A stretch of 53,891 nucleotides of DNA, taken from positions 1 through 53,891 of the IMG/VR virus record IMGVR_UViG_3300022844_000007, one strand, 5' to 3'. The notes under the pieces were generated by a model. The model was given only the letters and a program-made list of their open reading frames with translations. It was not told where the DNA came from and did no database searches. The stretch comes from a virus. Its lineage: Duplodnaviria > Caudoviricetes. The translations under genes and the position numbers were made by a program. Shown here piece by piece: positions 19,301 through 29,000 of this stretch; the first letter of the stretch is position 1; every line of letters starts with the position of its first letter.

Positions 19301-22300
19301 GTAGCAGATATGGGCATGGAGCAGGCAGTGTTCAGCTCACCCCTGAGTGATGAAGTTACCGAGGTGACAGAAGAAGATATCAACACAACGGAAGAAACAC
19401 AGTGGACCATGTTCGAGTCTTACGGCGTTGAAAAACCCGCTGATTACGGCGTTAATGTGTCTGACAACGCGGCACTCTCAACGCACAATCGCAGTGACGA
19501 GGCGACGCTTGAGATACTAGCGGGTCAAGATCGCAACAATAAGCGCAAGTTAAAAAACGCTTGGAACTATCCTGGCTTCCGTATCTTCGGCCACAAGACA
19601 GATGGCGCGGATAACGTCGTTGGTTGGAAGCAGCGTGATAAAAACACGGGTAAGGGCATCGAGAAAAAGATGCGCACACTCCAAGAGAACGACCATATCA
19701 ACCAGTACAGTATTGTTTTCAGTCCGACTAAAGGTGTGTACTACATAAAGCAGTGGCTACCACTTGCTGGCATACCTACAGATGTTTCTATCCGCCCCGA
19801 CTATGCGAGCGATGCGCTGTACGAGTCGCAGGTCATCGACCGCATTCTTGAGCCTGAGTTACAGTACAGTTATTTCCCACTCGATAAGAATGGGAAAACG
19901 ATCAAGGATGTAGAAAAGAGCAAAGCGGAAAAGAAGTTTGTGCCAGTCTCCGTCAAAGCAACAGACGTAACCGAGAGTTTAAATCCTGGCACGCTATTCA
20001 AGGCGGAACAAGAAGCCATTGCCCTGTCACCCATTGGCAAAATTAAAACCGAAGAGAACCCTGTTCAGGGTCAGTATTTCAGATCTGACCAAGGGGAGTT
20101 CGGCACTGACCACACAACAAAAATGCAGTTCCGCGCATTGGGCTTCAGGCGGATAGAGAGAGATGGGTCCTACAAACAAGCCAAACAGAAAGATGCCAAG
20201 GGTAAAGTCGTACTCGATGGGAACGGGCAATATGTCTGGGAAGACGAGCTTCAATACTACCGCATGGACAGAGTCCTGCGCGTGTACGAGAAGGTCGTCG
20301 ACGCCAATTACGCTAACGCACCCACTATGGGGCGTGTGGAAAAGTATGACTTAGCGATGGCCCACGCCTTGGCCGACTTCTATGGTCGGGGCTATGTCGC
20401 GCAGGTGCAGGAAGGTGGCACCCAGTTTAGTAAACTGCCTAGCTATAAAGTTGGCCAACGTAGTATGACCTACGCAGGTATTGGTACGAGTGAGGAAAAA
20501 GGAGTGAAAATCCCTCCGAAAGTTAAAGCGGCGATAACCAAAGCGGCAGAAGCACTTAGCAAACGCGGGTACACACTACTGTCTGGTAACGCTACTGGTG
20601 CGGATCAAGCATTCGAGAAGGGCGCAGGTAAGAACAAACGGATATTCAAAGCTGACCAAGCGACTAAACAGACGAGAACTATCGCGCAGGAGATTCATCC
20701 TAATCCAGGGGCGCTGAGTGGTTACGCGCTGAATCTCATGGCACGCAACACGAATCAGGTGTTCGGCGCTGACCTCAATCAGCCCGTTGATTTCGTATTG
20801 GTGTGGACAGAAGACGGTGCTGAGACAGCAGCAGATCGCCAATATAAAACTGGCGGCTCTGGCCAAGCGATTGAGATGGCGGCACGTAAAGGTATCCCCG
20901 TCATTAACATGGCAAATACAGGGTGGCAGGCACGGCTCGTGGAGGTGCTCGACGGAAACTACGTGCCTATGACCGATGGCACACCGCAGAGCGATGTGGC
21001 GCTTCGGGCAGAACAACGCTCGCAGGAAACCGGCTTTCCCGTTAACCCTTTTACGGATGACCGATCTGGCACCCGAGGTGACGAGGGCTTTGCACTACCG
21101 GATGATCTTACGGTCGCTAGTGTTGCAGGTAAGGTAAGGGTCATGGGTAAGGACCTAAACAGCATGCGAGCACGGCTGAGTAATAACCTTGTCGAACTCG
21201 GGAATGTTCAGCGCCGGCTATACCAACTTCGCGAAGAGGGGCAACAAGTAAACGCGGTGTTAATGCACCCTAACGATTCCAACATCGTTGATGATTGGCT
21301 CAGTCTGTATATGACCGATGAGCAACTTCAAGCATCAGCGCGACGTCATAAGGGGTATGACGAAGTCGCACTTACAGAAGAGGAAGCGGCTAATTTCTGG
21401 CAGTTTGAGGATAAGCGCAGGGATCTTCTTATTGAAGCAGCGGAAAGTAGACGCGCGGATATCTTCGGTGAGGACGGCCAAGAGAATGGTGAACTGCATG
21501 AGCTACTAGCGAAAAGACAGCAGCTGATGTCAAAGGTGAAGCAGCATGATTTTTCGATGCAGCCTGAGTTCGGCGAGAACTACCGCGGCGATGAGGATAC
21601 AGATGAGCAGTTCATCCGGCATGATGTTATCCAAGACCATTTCGACCAAGCTGAAAGTAGAAGCACTGATACGCTGTCGTATGATGAGCGTGAATACGCC
21701 GAATCGAAGAACGATCCTGGGCTACACGGCGCAGCGCGAACTTTACGGACAGCTCACGCGTCAACCGTGGTAAAACAGTTTTGGCAAACGTATGGGGACT
21801 TCGAAGGCACCGAAAAAAATTTGTTGGCTGGTGCTATTAAAGCGACCGGCATAAAAGCCAATGTTGTGATGGTGTCACTTGGCACAACACCTGACCTGTC
21901 GGTAGTGGCAGGCAGCAGTGACTATGCCAAGGCAGTTGCTGACATGGAAGCTGACCCAACAATCCCTGCGAAACTGGTCGGTGCAAACGACACTGCGATC
22001 ATCATTGTCCGGCCAGCAACTACGCCAGCAATGAAGCAGGCACGCCTCATACACATTGGCCATGAGCTGGGGCACTTGGTGCTACGTACTTATAGCCAAT
22101 CGATTGAGGCTAACCCTACACTTAAAGCGCAAATATTCGCTGGTAAACCTGCGAAAGCTGACGCGCATGAGTGGTTCGCTGACAAGTTCGCCGGCTGGCT
22201 GTTCGCTCAAGTAGGCACGAGGGGTAGAAATAACCAACGCGTGGCTGACGTAACGCCAGAAGCTGAGACTGCTTTCCGCGCTGTTAGAAACATACTTCAG

Positions 22301-24841
22301 TCAGTATGGAGTGCTGTTAAGCGAATACTCCCTAAACGATTCGCCCGTAACTATGCGTTCGAAACCGCCTTCATCAATCCGCTAGTTGCTAAAATGCGAG
22401 CGCCAATACTGCGCGATGACATCGCTAAGTTACAACGGACTGACACGATGCGCCAACTCGAAGAGCAACTCAGTGAAGTGCAGTTGCTCCGCAGCGAAGG
22501 CCCCGAGCGAGGCTCAGATAGTCAGGTAGCGTTTTTAAAAAGAATGCGCCCCGACCTAAAAACTTTACCTCCCTATGGCCAGCGGGATGCGCTACTCGAA
22601 GAGATCGAGATGGCGCTTGTAACGCAGGTCAATGCGGAACGTATCGAAAGCCACAAACGCTATTCCGAAGAAAAGCCGCTCAAGCACGCAGAACTCATGG
22701 CGCTTGAACAGGAGCTACGCCCCGAGATCCAGGCATTCAATGCACGCGCTGAGTTGGGTATCTTTACGGATAACCTAACGATACCAACTCTGGCGCAGAA
22801 CAACACTGTGCTCAGAGCGGGAATCAAAGCGGCCTCTACGGTAGAGCGCGTGATAGCGCCTGTGTGGAAGACCGGTAACCAAATGCTTCGTAGTAAAGCA
22901 TTAAACGCTGATGACATCGCTAACATGTTCTTCTCCCCTTCGCAGTCTCGTTCAGCACAACAGTTTGGTGATGGCGTACTGAACCGCCAGTTTCCAGAAA
23001 TGGAACGGTGGGCAAGTCTGTTTAACGCAGGGTTGCCTAAAGATGTAACGCGTCGTAACGAGGTTATCGACTGGGCGCAGAAAGAACTACCTATCGAGCA
23101 AGCACCAGAAGAGTATCGCGCTGAGCTAGTCGAATTTCGGAAGGTCAGTAATCAGTTCCGTGACTATCTAAACAAAAACATGGGTGGCACCATCGGGCTT
23201 ATCCCGAACCATTTTCCCCGCAGCCACTCACTGAAAGAGATATCAGAACGCGGCGAGCGGTGGAAGTCGATCATTATCGCAGCGGCTGCAGCATCCGGCA
23301 TGGAGATAACACCGACGGTTGCTGAACGATTACGCCAAGAGATTCTCACGGACGATGGTGTGACTGAATACAGTCAGGCCATTTCCCCCACTGGGTTTTA
23401 CTCGCGGCAATCACGAGGACTGGATATCCCTAACCTCAGTGTTGCGTTACAGCAAGCCGGTTTTCTTGCAGACCCAGAAGCGTCACTACAGGCTTACATT
23501 ACCAGTGGCACGAAGCGAGCACTGTGGGAGCAGAAATTTGGTGAGCATAGACCATGGCAGGAAGTATACGATGCGGCCATTAAGAACAGTGAAAGTAACG
23601 ACTACGTAGAGTCGCTACGGCAGATGAGAATATGGCACGATGAACAAGCGGCAGAGGGGGAGGACCTCCAACTGTGGGATGCGTCATCGAAACTGAATCG
23701 TGCGATTGCTGCGCATCCTGATGAGAATCAGCCGCGCATCAAGAAGATTGTCGAAGGGTATCAAGGTCGTCTCGGATTAGATATTAGTCCTGAGTGGCAG
23801 AAGGCCCAGAGCTATATGATGGCATTGCAGTTCACCAATCTGCTAGCGTTCTCAACACTCGCGTCACTGCCAGACTTCGGTAACATTATGATCCGATCCA
23901 AGTCGCTGTTTGACCCACTGGCAGCATGGTCACGCACGGGGTCATGGGCGGAAGCATCTGAGAAAGCGCACCTGTTAGGTATCATCGGGGATCGCATGGA
24001 AAGCCAGTCGCTGATCATGAGTGACGGTCACCGTTTCATAGAGCCGAACGTACAGAAGGGCATCGACGCTTTCTTCAAGTACACGGGGCTGATGGCGTTT
24101 ACCAAGATGACACGTATCGCGGCTATGACTGCCGGCGAACATTTCCTTGAGACGCATGCCCAAAAGGCACTCGCTGGTAATGAGGAGTCTGCCGGTTTCT
24201 TAGCGGAGCTGAATGTCACGGCGCAGCAGGTCCAGCATTGGGTAGCCAATGAGAAACCCTACGCACCAACGGCAACCGACACACAATTTACGCCGGTCCA
24301 CCACGCACTGCAAAAGTTCGTGGATGAGGCGATACTCAGGCCCAACGCTGGAGTGCGCCCCACATGGGCGAATGACCACCGGCTGGCGTTGGTGTGGCAA
24401 CTGAAATCTTTCTTCTACGCTTTCGGCTCCATCGTCGTGGGTGGGATATGGCGCGACATCCAGTCTCGCCAAGGCGCACGCAAAGCGATACCGCCCCTGA
24501 TCGCAGCCGTGGCATTGATGCCATTGGCCGCACTGGGCTTGATGCTGCGTAACAGTGTTAAAGCCGGTATCTACGCGCTGCAGGGCGATGACGATTGGGA
24601 GCCTGAGACAGAGCGTATGAACCAAGGCCAGTATATGATTGAACTAATCGATCGTACCGGTGCGCCAGGAATCTTTTCAATCGGTAAGAACATGCTGAGC
24701 GCCAGTGATTATGGCAGCTCACCACTGGTTGCTGCTATGGGACCCACTGCGCAGTGGTTCGAAATGTGGTTAGATCCAGACACGACGCTAACCGAGGCTG
24801 CAGTACGCGGCCTTCCCTTCCAGCAGTTAATCGCACAGTAA
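16304..24841 (+). CDS. Giant internal virion/ejection protein, polyvalent (NusA-AR-like HhH, SLOG, HExxH metallopeptidase motifs)
   Basis: 2845 aa; N-terminal G/A-rich membrane-type segments and EG.EEA.QQ motif; C-terminal RP.WA...LVWQLKSFFYAF region typical of large podovirus ejection proteins; embedded domains described in findings. Confidence 0.8.
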   Translation: MSEQGSGLDLSGVPLRSSRPSRTPAPTPTNRSLSSGPTLPRVQGWNPGQTMRGPKPEPTTTAGSLARGADNMQATWYATGQVFSQALSDTFDSPDMEGMSEYFGENAERNLLEAAQNPASIPTWEDATDWEKKFTWFAEAVFENVPNMATTFATGGVFAALSKTGALAGAGKQLFSKMPLKAAQKFQSAIPAIEQKVGSTTGAFAKGMIAGTYPQVTGETQLEFNERGIRAPATVIASGIPQTVVEFATGIEAKMMKAITSVGVPKKVFDNVFARLTASGALTAIGEGTEEAIQQTMQYVAVAMHDPSFDWDDPEAIENIKESARKGAAAGAGTTVAMDVTHEALTLGQGTFQKLNAKKNPVNPDDPDDIIGLHAPIDPSEGPIDASPEIFKKDIDAMFTNQLEVMALANNWTKRQENGAPLFGGKPEDQMTGAQVLERFNKVLSGNQRVDADVAVGIMAGMENLRSPVEGVEIPGNSISGSIARGYSDAADIIIGALGRGKAGEQTLTEEMLAAQGDTVSDTNEQESDKVSDQVQRSVARGIAKTINLAAIRRRIAGENASDNPAAIREAVIEAIGSPRAARAVKKNTALALEARAAEMVFDVAAAKMAFDRAKREGTADAETLMAEYADKLKKQQMYADLTKVAPIPAGRELPETTRRADSQIESVVKGEKKAAVFTPGTTPSSEVVSGLPDNVESGWIAGNQWFSSDEEYTAMLKATDGNNPTEVQETIKTVLDKPAVKSATDNRAVVIRDAENNVMSETTFHSSEEELFWRSAQSHVPNGGTVEVTSIEQAVQVKQEELAQQEVEQSADGPPAANDFLEDGELPRAKRPQSITDQIEALKNRVAQEQNAPTNTSLEEQAGVTPELAQALRAANVTNKQDLADMSVFEMMDVAEDNPNIPMTVGLAGNIIMAARRTAAEQTALRNALVEAGVNRIDSGQVPDTLQLDAMYEAVASREIGIVQEFGPEQTRNMIADMVEHAIETKQPFRLKTFFSQPVADMGMEQAVFSSPLSDEVTEVTEEDINTTEETQWTMFESYGVEKPADYGVNVSDNAALSTHNRSDEATLEILAGQDRNNKRKLKNAWNYPGFRIFGHKTDGADNVVGWKQRDKNTGKGIEKKMRTLQENDHINQYSIVFSPTKGVYYIKQWLPLAGIPTDVSIRPDYASDALYESQVIDRILEPELQYSYFPLDKNGKTIKDVEKSKAEKKFVPVSVKATDVTESLNPGTLFKAEQEAIALSPIGKIKTEENPVQGQYFRSDQGEFGTDHTTKMQFRALGFRRIERDGSYKQAKQKDAKGKVVLDGNGQYVWEDELQYYRMDRVLRVYEKVVDANYANAPTMGRVEKYDLAMAHALADFYGRGYVAQVQEGGTQFSKLPSYKVGQRSMTYAGIGTSEEKGVKIPPKVKAAITKAAEALSKRGYTLLSGNATGADQAFEKGAGKNKRIFKADQATKQTRTIAQEIHPNPGALSGYALNLMARNTNQVFGADLNQPVDFVLVWTEDGAETAADRQYKTGGSGQAIEMAARKGIPVINMANTGWQARLVEVLDGNYVPMTDGTPQSDVALRAEQRSQETGFPVNPFTDDRSGTRGDEGFALPDDLTVASVAGKVRVMGKDLNSMRARLSNNLVELGNVQRRLYQLREEGQQVNAVLMHPNDSNIVDDWLSLYMTDEQLQASARRHKGYDEVALTEEEAANFWQFEDKRRDLLIEAAESRRADIFGEDGQENGELHELLAKRQQLMSKVKQHDFSMQPEFGENYRGDEDTDEQFIRHDVIQDHFDQAESRSTDTLSYDEREYAESKNDPGLHGAARTLRTAHASTVVKQFWQTYGDFEGTEKNLLAGAIKATGIKANVVMVSLGTTPDLSVVAGSSDYAKAVADMEADPTIPAKLVGANDTAIIIVRPATTPAMKQARLIHIGHELGHLVLRTYSQSIEANPTLKAQIFAGKPAKADAHEWFADKFAGWLFAQVGTRGRNNQRVADVTPEAETAFRAVRNILQSVWSAVKRILPKRFARNYAFETAFINPLVAKMRAPILRDDIAKLQRTDTMRQLEEQLSEVQLLRSEGPERGSDSQVAFLKRMRPDLKTLPPYGQRDALLEEIEMALVTQVNAERIESHKRYSEEKPLKHAELMALEQELRPEIQAFNARAELGIFTDNLTIPTLAQNNTVLRAGIKAASTVERVIAPVWKTGNQMLRSKALNADDIANMFFSPSQSRSAQQFGDGVLNRQFPEMERWASLFNAGLPKDVTRRNEVIDWAQKELPIEQAPEEYRAELVEFRKVSNQFRDYLNKNMGGTIGLIPNHFPRSHSLKEISERGERWKSIIIAAAAASGMEITPTVAERLRQEILTDDGVTEYSQAISPTGFYSRQSRGLDIPNLSVALQQAGFLADPEASLQAYITSGTKRALWEQKFGEHRPWQEVYDAAIKNSESNDYVESLRQMRIWHDEQAAEGEDLQLWDASSKLNRAIAAHPDENQPRIKKIVEGYQGRLGLDISPEWQKAQSYMMALQFTNLLAFSTLASLPDFGNIMIRSKSLFDPLAAWSRTGSWAEASEKAHLLGIIGDRMESQSLIMSDGHRFIEPNVQKGIDAFFKYTGLMAFTKMTRIAAMTAGEHFLETHAQKALAGNEESAGFLAELNVTAQQVQHWVANEKPYAPTATDTQFTPVHHALQKFVDEAILRPNAGVRPTWANDHRLALVWQLKSFFYAFGSIVVGGIWRDIQSRQGARKAIPPLIAAVALMPLAALGLMLRNSVKAGIYALQGDDDWEPETERMNQGQYMIELIDRTGAPGIFSIGKNMLSASDYGSSPLVAAMGPTAQWFEMWLDPDTTLTEAAVRGLPFQQLIAQ

Positions 24842-24856
24842 AAAAGGTGCTAGAAT
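24825..24856 (+). promoter_or_regulatory. Putative promoter for the tail-fibre genes
   Basis: AGTTAATC...GGTGC-TAGAAT (extended -10 at 24848-24856), similar to the promoter at 8909-8939. Confidence 0.55.
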
Positions 24857-24875
24857 AGCGCCAGAGGCACATTAA

Positions 24876-26030
24876 ATGACGGTATATAATCTCACAATAG
24901 ACTACCTTGACGGGGCGGGTGTAGCGATCGAAGACGCGGTTGTTACCGCACGGCTGAATAAGGTCGATTACTTCCCCACTGGCACGGCTGATACCGCTGC
25001 CGTTTCCACGGCAACAGATGCTGCTGGCCAAGCGGTGTTGGCACTTCACGCTAACACTACCGGTACGCAGGACTCCCGATACCTGATCACGATCACTGAC
25101 CCTGCAACTGGCGTGCTGACCAAGCACACGATCCAGATGCCGGCTAGTGCATCTAATCTAAGGGATCTCGTCGATGCGGTGGTTGTCGAGACTCCAGGCG
25201 CTGCAGCTGCAAGTGCAGCTGCAAGTGCAGCAAGTGCTGGTGCCGCCGCTGCCGACTTGGTACTCACGAATGCGGATGTGGTACTCACGAATGCCGACGT
25301 ACTACTGACAGCTGCGGATGTGGTATCGACCAATGCGGATGTGGTATCGACCAATGCGGATGTGGTATCGACCAATGCTAACGCATTACTGACTGCTGCC
25401 GACGTCGTGCTGACCAACGCTGATGTGGTGCTCACGGGGGCAGATGTCGACTCAACCAACGCTGATGTGTTGCTGACCAACGCTGATGTTGCACTCACAC
25501 ATGCCGACGTCGTGCTGACCAATGCCGACGTCGTGCTGACAGGTATCGACGCCGCTGCCACTAATGCTGACGTGGTACTGACGAATGCTGACGTGGCATC
25601 GACAGGTGCAGATGTTATTGCGACAGCCGCCGACGCTGCGCAGGTAGCGATCGACGCTGCGCAGGTAGCCTCCGATAGGGGGGACGCCGCTGCACGTGCA
25701 GCAGCAGCACTTATCAGCGCCAATGCAGCGGCAGCAAGTGCAGCGGCAGGATCGGGAGATGCCGCAGCAACAGCTGCGGATGTGCTCCTAACAAATGCGG
25801 ATGTTGTCCTTACGCATGCGGATGTGAATTTTACCAACGCTGACGCTGTAGCCACGGCGGCAGACGCTGTAGCCACGGCGGCAGACGCTGTAGCCACGGC
25901 GGCAGACGTCGTGCTGACCAATGCTGACGTAGCGGCGATGGAAGCGTTAGTCACGATACCGTTCACGCAGATGGCAACGAATATTATTGACACACAGACG
26001 ATGGTCGTAACAAACCATCCAATGGTCTAA
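24876..26030 (+). CDS. Tail fibre/shaft protein with heptad-repeat coiled coil
   Basis: N-terminal beta attachment domain followed by many DVVLTNA-type heptads. Confidence 0.75.
   Translation: MTVYNLTIDYLDGAGVAIEDAVVTARLNKVDYFPTGTADTAAVSTATDAAGQAVLALHANTTGTQDSRYLITITDPATGVLTKHTIQMPASASNLRDLVDAVVVETPGAAAASAAASAASAGAAAADLVLTNADVVLTNADVLLTAADVVSTNADVVSTNADVVSTNANALLTAADVVLTNADVVLTGADVDSTNADVLLTNADVALTHADVVLTNADVVLTGIDAAATNADVVLTNADVASTGADVIATAADAAQVAIDAAQVASDRGDAAARAAAALISANAAAASAAAGSGDAAATAADVLLTNADVVLTHADVNFTNADAVATAADAVATAADAVATAADVVLTNADVAAMEALVTIPFTQMATNIIDTQTMVVTNHPMV
25250..25935 (+). repeat. 21-nt coding tandem repeats (DVVLTNA / DAVATAA)
   Basis: For example GCGGATGTGGTATCGACCAAT x3 near 25314-25377 and GACGCTGTAGCCACGGCGGCA x3 near 25842-25904. 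Confidence 0.9.
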
Positions 26031-26040
26031 GGGGAACTAA

Positions 26041-29000
26041 ATGACGATTGAAACAGAAGTTGCGCTGCTAACGACGGCGACCACGGCGCTGACAACTGAA
26101 GTGCAGGGCCAGAAGACTACGCTGGATGCTAATGTTGCTGCGGCTGCAGCCGATCGCGTACTAGCGCAAACAGCTGCAACTGATGCCCAGACTGCAGAGA
26201 CGAATGCAGAGACTGCAGAGACGAATGCAGAAACCGCCCAGACAGCTGCCGAATTAGCAGAAGCCAATGCCATTGCTGTGGTATCTGGTGGCACAGCTTC
26301 AATAACGCCAACGCCTGGATTGATCCCACTAGCAGCAGCCAGTGGCAAGATCGATATGAATTGGTTGACACATGTCTTGCCAGCTACCACAACCACACTA
26401 GCTATGACAGATGGTGTAGCCGCTGGAATTTATCCAGCCGTGCAACCTGGCGTACCGGATGCGTGGAGATTCAACAAGGCCGCGAGTTGGTACAACGAGA
26501 CTAGGACAACCGGACGCTACCTAGGTGAGTTTGCTAACGTAACTGCGGCGGCAGGTGCTACTGGTGCCGCTATTGCCGACTACTACTACAACACTACGTC
26601 CAAGGATTATCAGGAGCTGGATAACATTGGCACGCCTGCAGACACTGAGACACTGAGGGCAGGGTCTAAGGAGTTCCCCGCGTCCATAGTGGTTGTTACT
26701 CGGAGTGGGAACACTCGGGCTTTTATCCTCGACGCTAAAGACGGCTCTATGTGGATGGCGTTTAATGAGTCGTCTAACGCCTTCTTCCGCCCTAATAACG
26801 AGGCCATCGACTATAAAAACGGACTCCTAGTTTTTGGCAACAATACAGCCATGGGCGTAGTGCTAGTCGACTTTAAGTCTGACGATGCTGTTGTAAAGAA
26901 TGTGAACGCTAGTTATCCCTACGTCGGTAGGGGGGTCAAAGACCGAAACGAGACTTCTGGCTCAAACGTGGCAAACCCAGCTCATGATGCCCTCCTGTCA
27001 AGCAATGTAGTATCGGTAGCAATCGGTGATGCTTCAAAACATTACGGGTTTGATGAGTGGGGCGTGCCTAAGCAGTACATTGCAGCGGGTACAGACTCGA
27101 CTAACGGTATCAGTGTCATTCACCCTAACGGCAAGGTGTACGACATTACCGGTAGCGCGAACAACGTAAGAGATGTGACATTCAATAATTACGGTGAATT
27201 GTTGTCATGCGCGTTGAACCGAGAATGGCTCTATGTCTATGCCATTCCCTTCCGTGATATATCGGTCAGTTCGTACAAGCGCAGACAAATCAATCTTGGG
27301 AATGTTTCCACATCCGCCGAAACTTTCCCACGCGTCTGGCTTGAAAATGCCGGTGCTGATTTCATACAGACCCGATCGCTTGATCAGAAGAACATCACCA
27401 TAGAGGATGACGGCAAAGTAATCACGGTTGTTGATGAGGACATTTACGGGACAAGCGGCAATATTGGATCAGACAGCCCGACATCTTACATCGGCTACGA
27501 CTCCGCACTGACAGAGCAATTTGTATCACCAATGGTAGACCGGCTTGTGACAGCGGCTATTGGCATGGAAGTTGGCACAACTTCTTTGGTTGGTTCTGGT
27601 GACCTTGTAACTAACGGCGCAGATTTTACTGGTGCTAGTGGTACTACTCCACCAACAGGCTGGACAACATCCACGGGAGCACCAGAGTTTTCGGTGTCTT
27701 CTGGTGTTCTTAGTTTTGATAGAAACGGGGCTGCGGGAACAGAAGCGGATTTAACTCAAACGGGGCTGGGCCTTGACTCAGGCGACCACTACGAAGTAGC
27801 TGTAAAAATCGACGGCATAACTGACGGATCTAGCATAACTATTACGCTAGGGGCCGACACCGCGGCACTAACAGTGTCGGGGGCAGGAGTTTACAAGGCG
27901 CAATTTTTCTCAGACGGAACCAGCACTGTTAGTCTACGCGCGAATCAAGCGAATGCCGTTTTGGAGGTAGACTATTTACGCGTCTATTCGATAACTACCG
28001 ACAGATCACAGCTAAACATCAATCACGCCAAGATCAACGGTACGATTACTCGAGCAAAGTATGGCGCTGGTGATGTGGTTATGCACAGTGGGGCTAGCGC
28101 GTCCACCGGCGTGAACGATGGTGCGTACTGGGAGCTAGGTTACGATGTATTCGCCACTGATGGCGTTATGTTCGATGGGTGGGTAGATTTTGATAGCACG
28201 TTAAAATATCTGCTGAGCAATCGCCCCCTGGACGGATCGGGAAACCCGATTGTGACGAATACAACAGCCGCGAATAATGGATCAGCTCTCTGGGTGGCCA
28301 CATCGAACGCGTTAACTATACGTGACGATAATGGGTCAACGGTTGCTGCGACTGGGATTTCAACTGCGCCTGCAGATGGATTGCATCATGTGGTCGTTAT
28401 TCTTTCTTCAACAGATATATACGTCTACATTGATGGGGAGCTGGATAATGTCGCTGCATCAGTAACCCTAACTGCCCCCGCAGCCGCTATCACCTACGTC
28501 CACCCGTTCGACATGGCACTACCAAGAGTCGGCGGCATAGACCGCAAAGCCACGCCAGATTTCTACCGCTGGAAGTACGCCAAAGAGCGTAGGCTATTTA
28601 ATAGCGGTGCAGAGAGCACGTTGCAATACACAGGCAACGTTGTTGATGTGGCCGTTGATGAAGCCCGTAAGACCTACACGGTTTTGCAAACCGACGGATT
28701 CACAACGTTTGATGATGACAACATTGTTGCTGCTTCTGGTGCCGTATCTGATACAGCCATTTCTATCAGTGTGCACGATGGTGATGCGGTTATTTTAGAC
28801 GGAGCCAACCTGACAACAACAGTGGCCGCAAAGGATCTGGTTGAGCATCCTGTATTCAAATTGAAGAACACGCGGGTGTTTGAATACGACAGCTTAATGG
28901 CTGCAGATCAAAGGATATTTGGTACGGCAATAAGCCAAGCGCCAGATGGTTCAGGGACCACTGTTGGTGATACGTTCGTATATTCGGGGTCACCTGCTGG

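Noticed and set aside
16304-24841. N4-like virion RNA polymerase
   Set aside because: I could not find single-subunit or multi-subunit RNAP catalytic motifs by eye; the termini look like an ejection protein. An HMM search would settle this
25250-25935. 21-nt repeats as a CRISPR array
   Set aside because: They are contiguous, in-frame and degenerate at third codon positions, with no unique spacers; this is a coding heptad repeat
25046-25993. 315-aa antisense ORF and similar long shadow ORFs (4160-4807, 10069-10809, 14702-15514)
   Set aside because: They mirror strongly supported + strand genes and reflect codon bias or repeats; no independent signals
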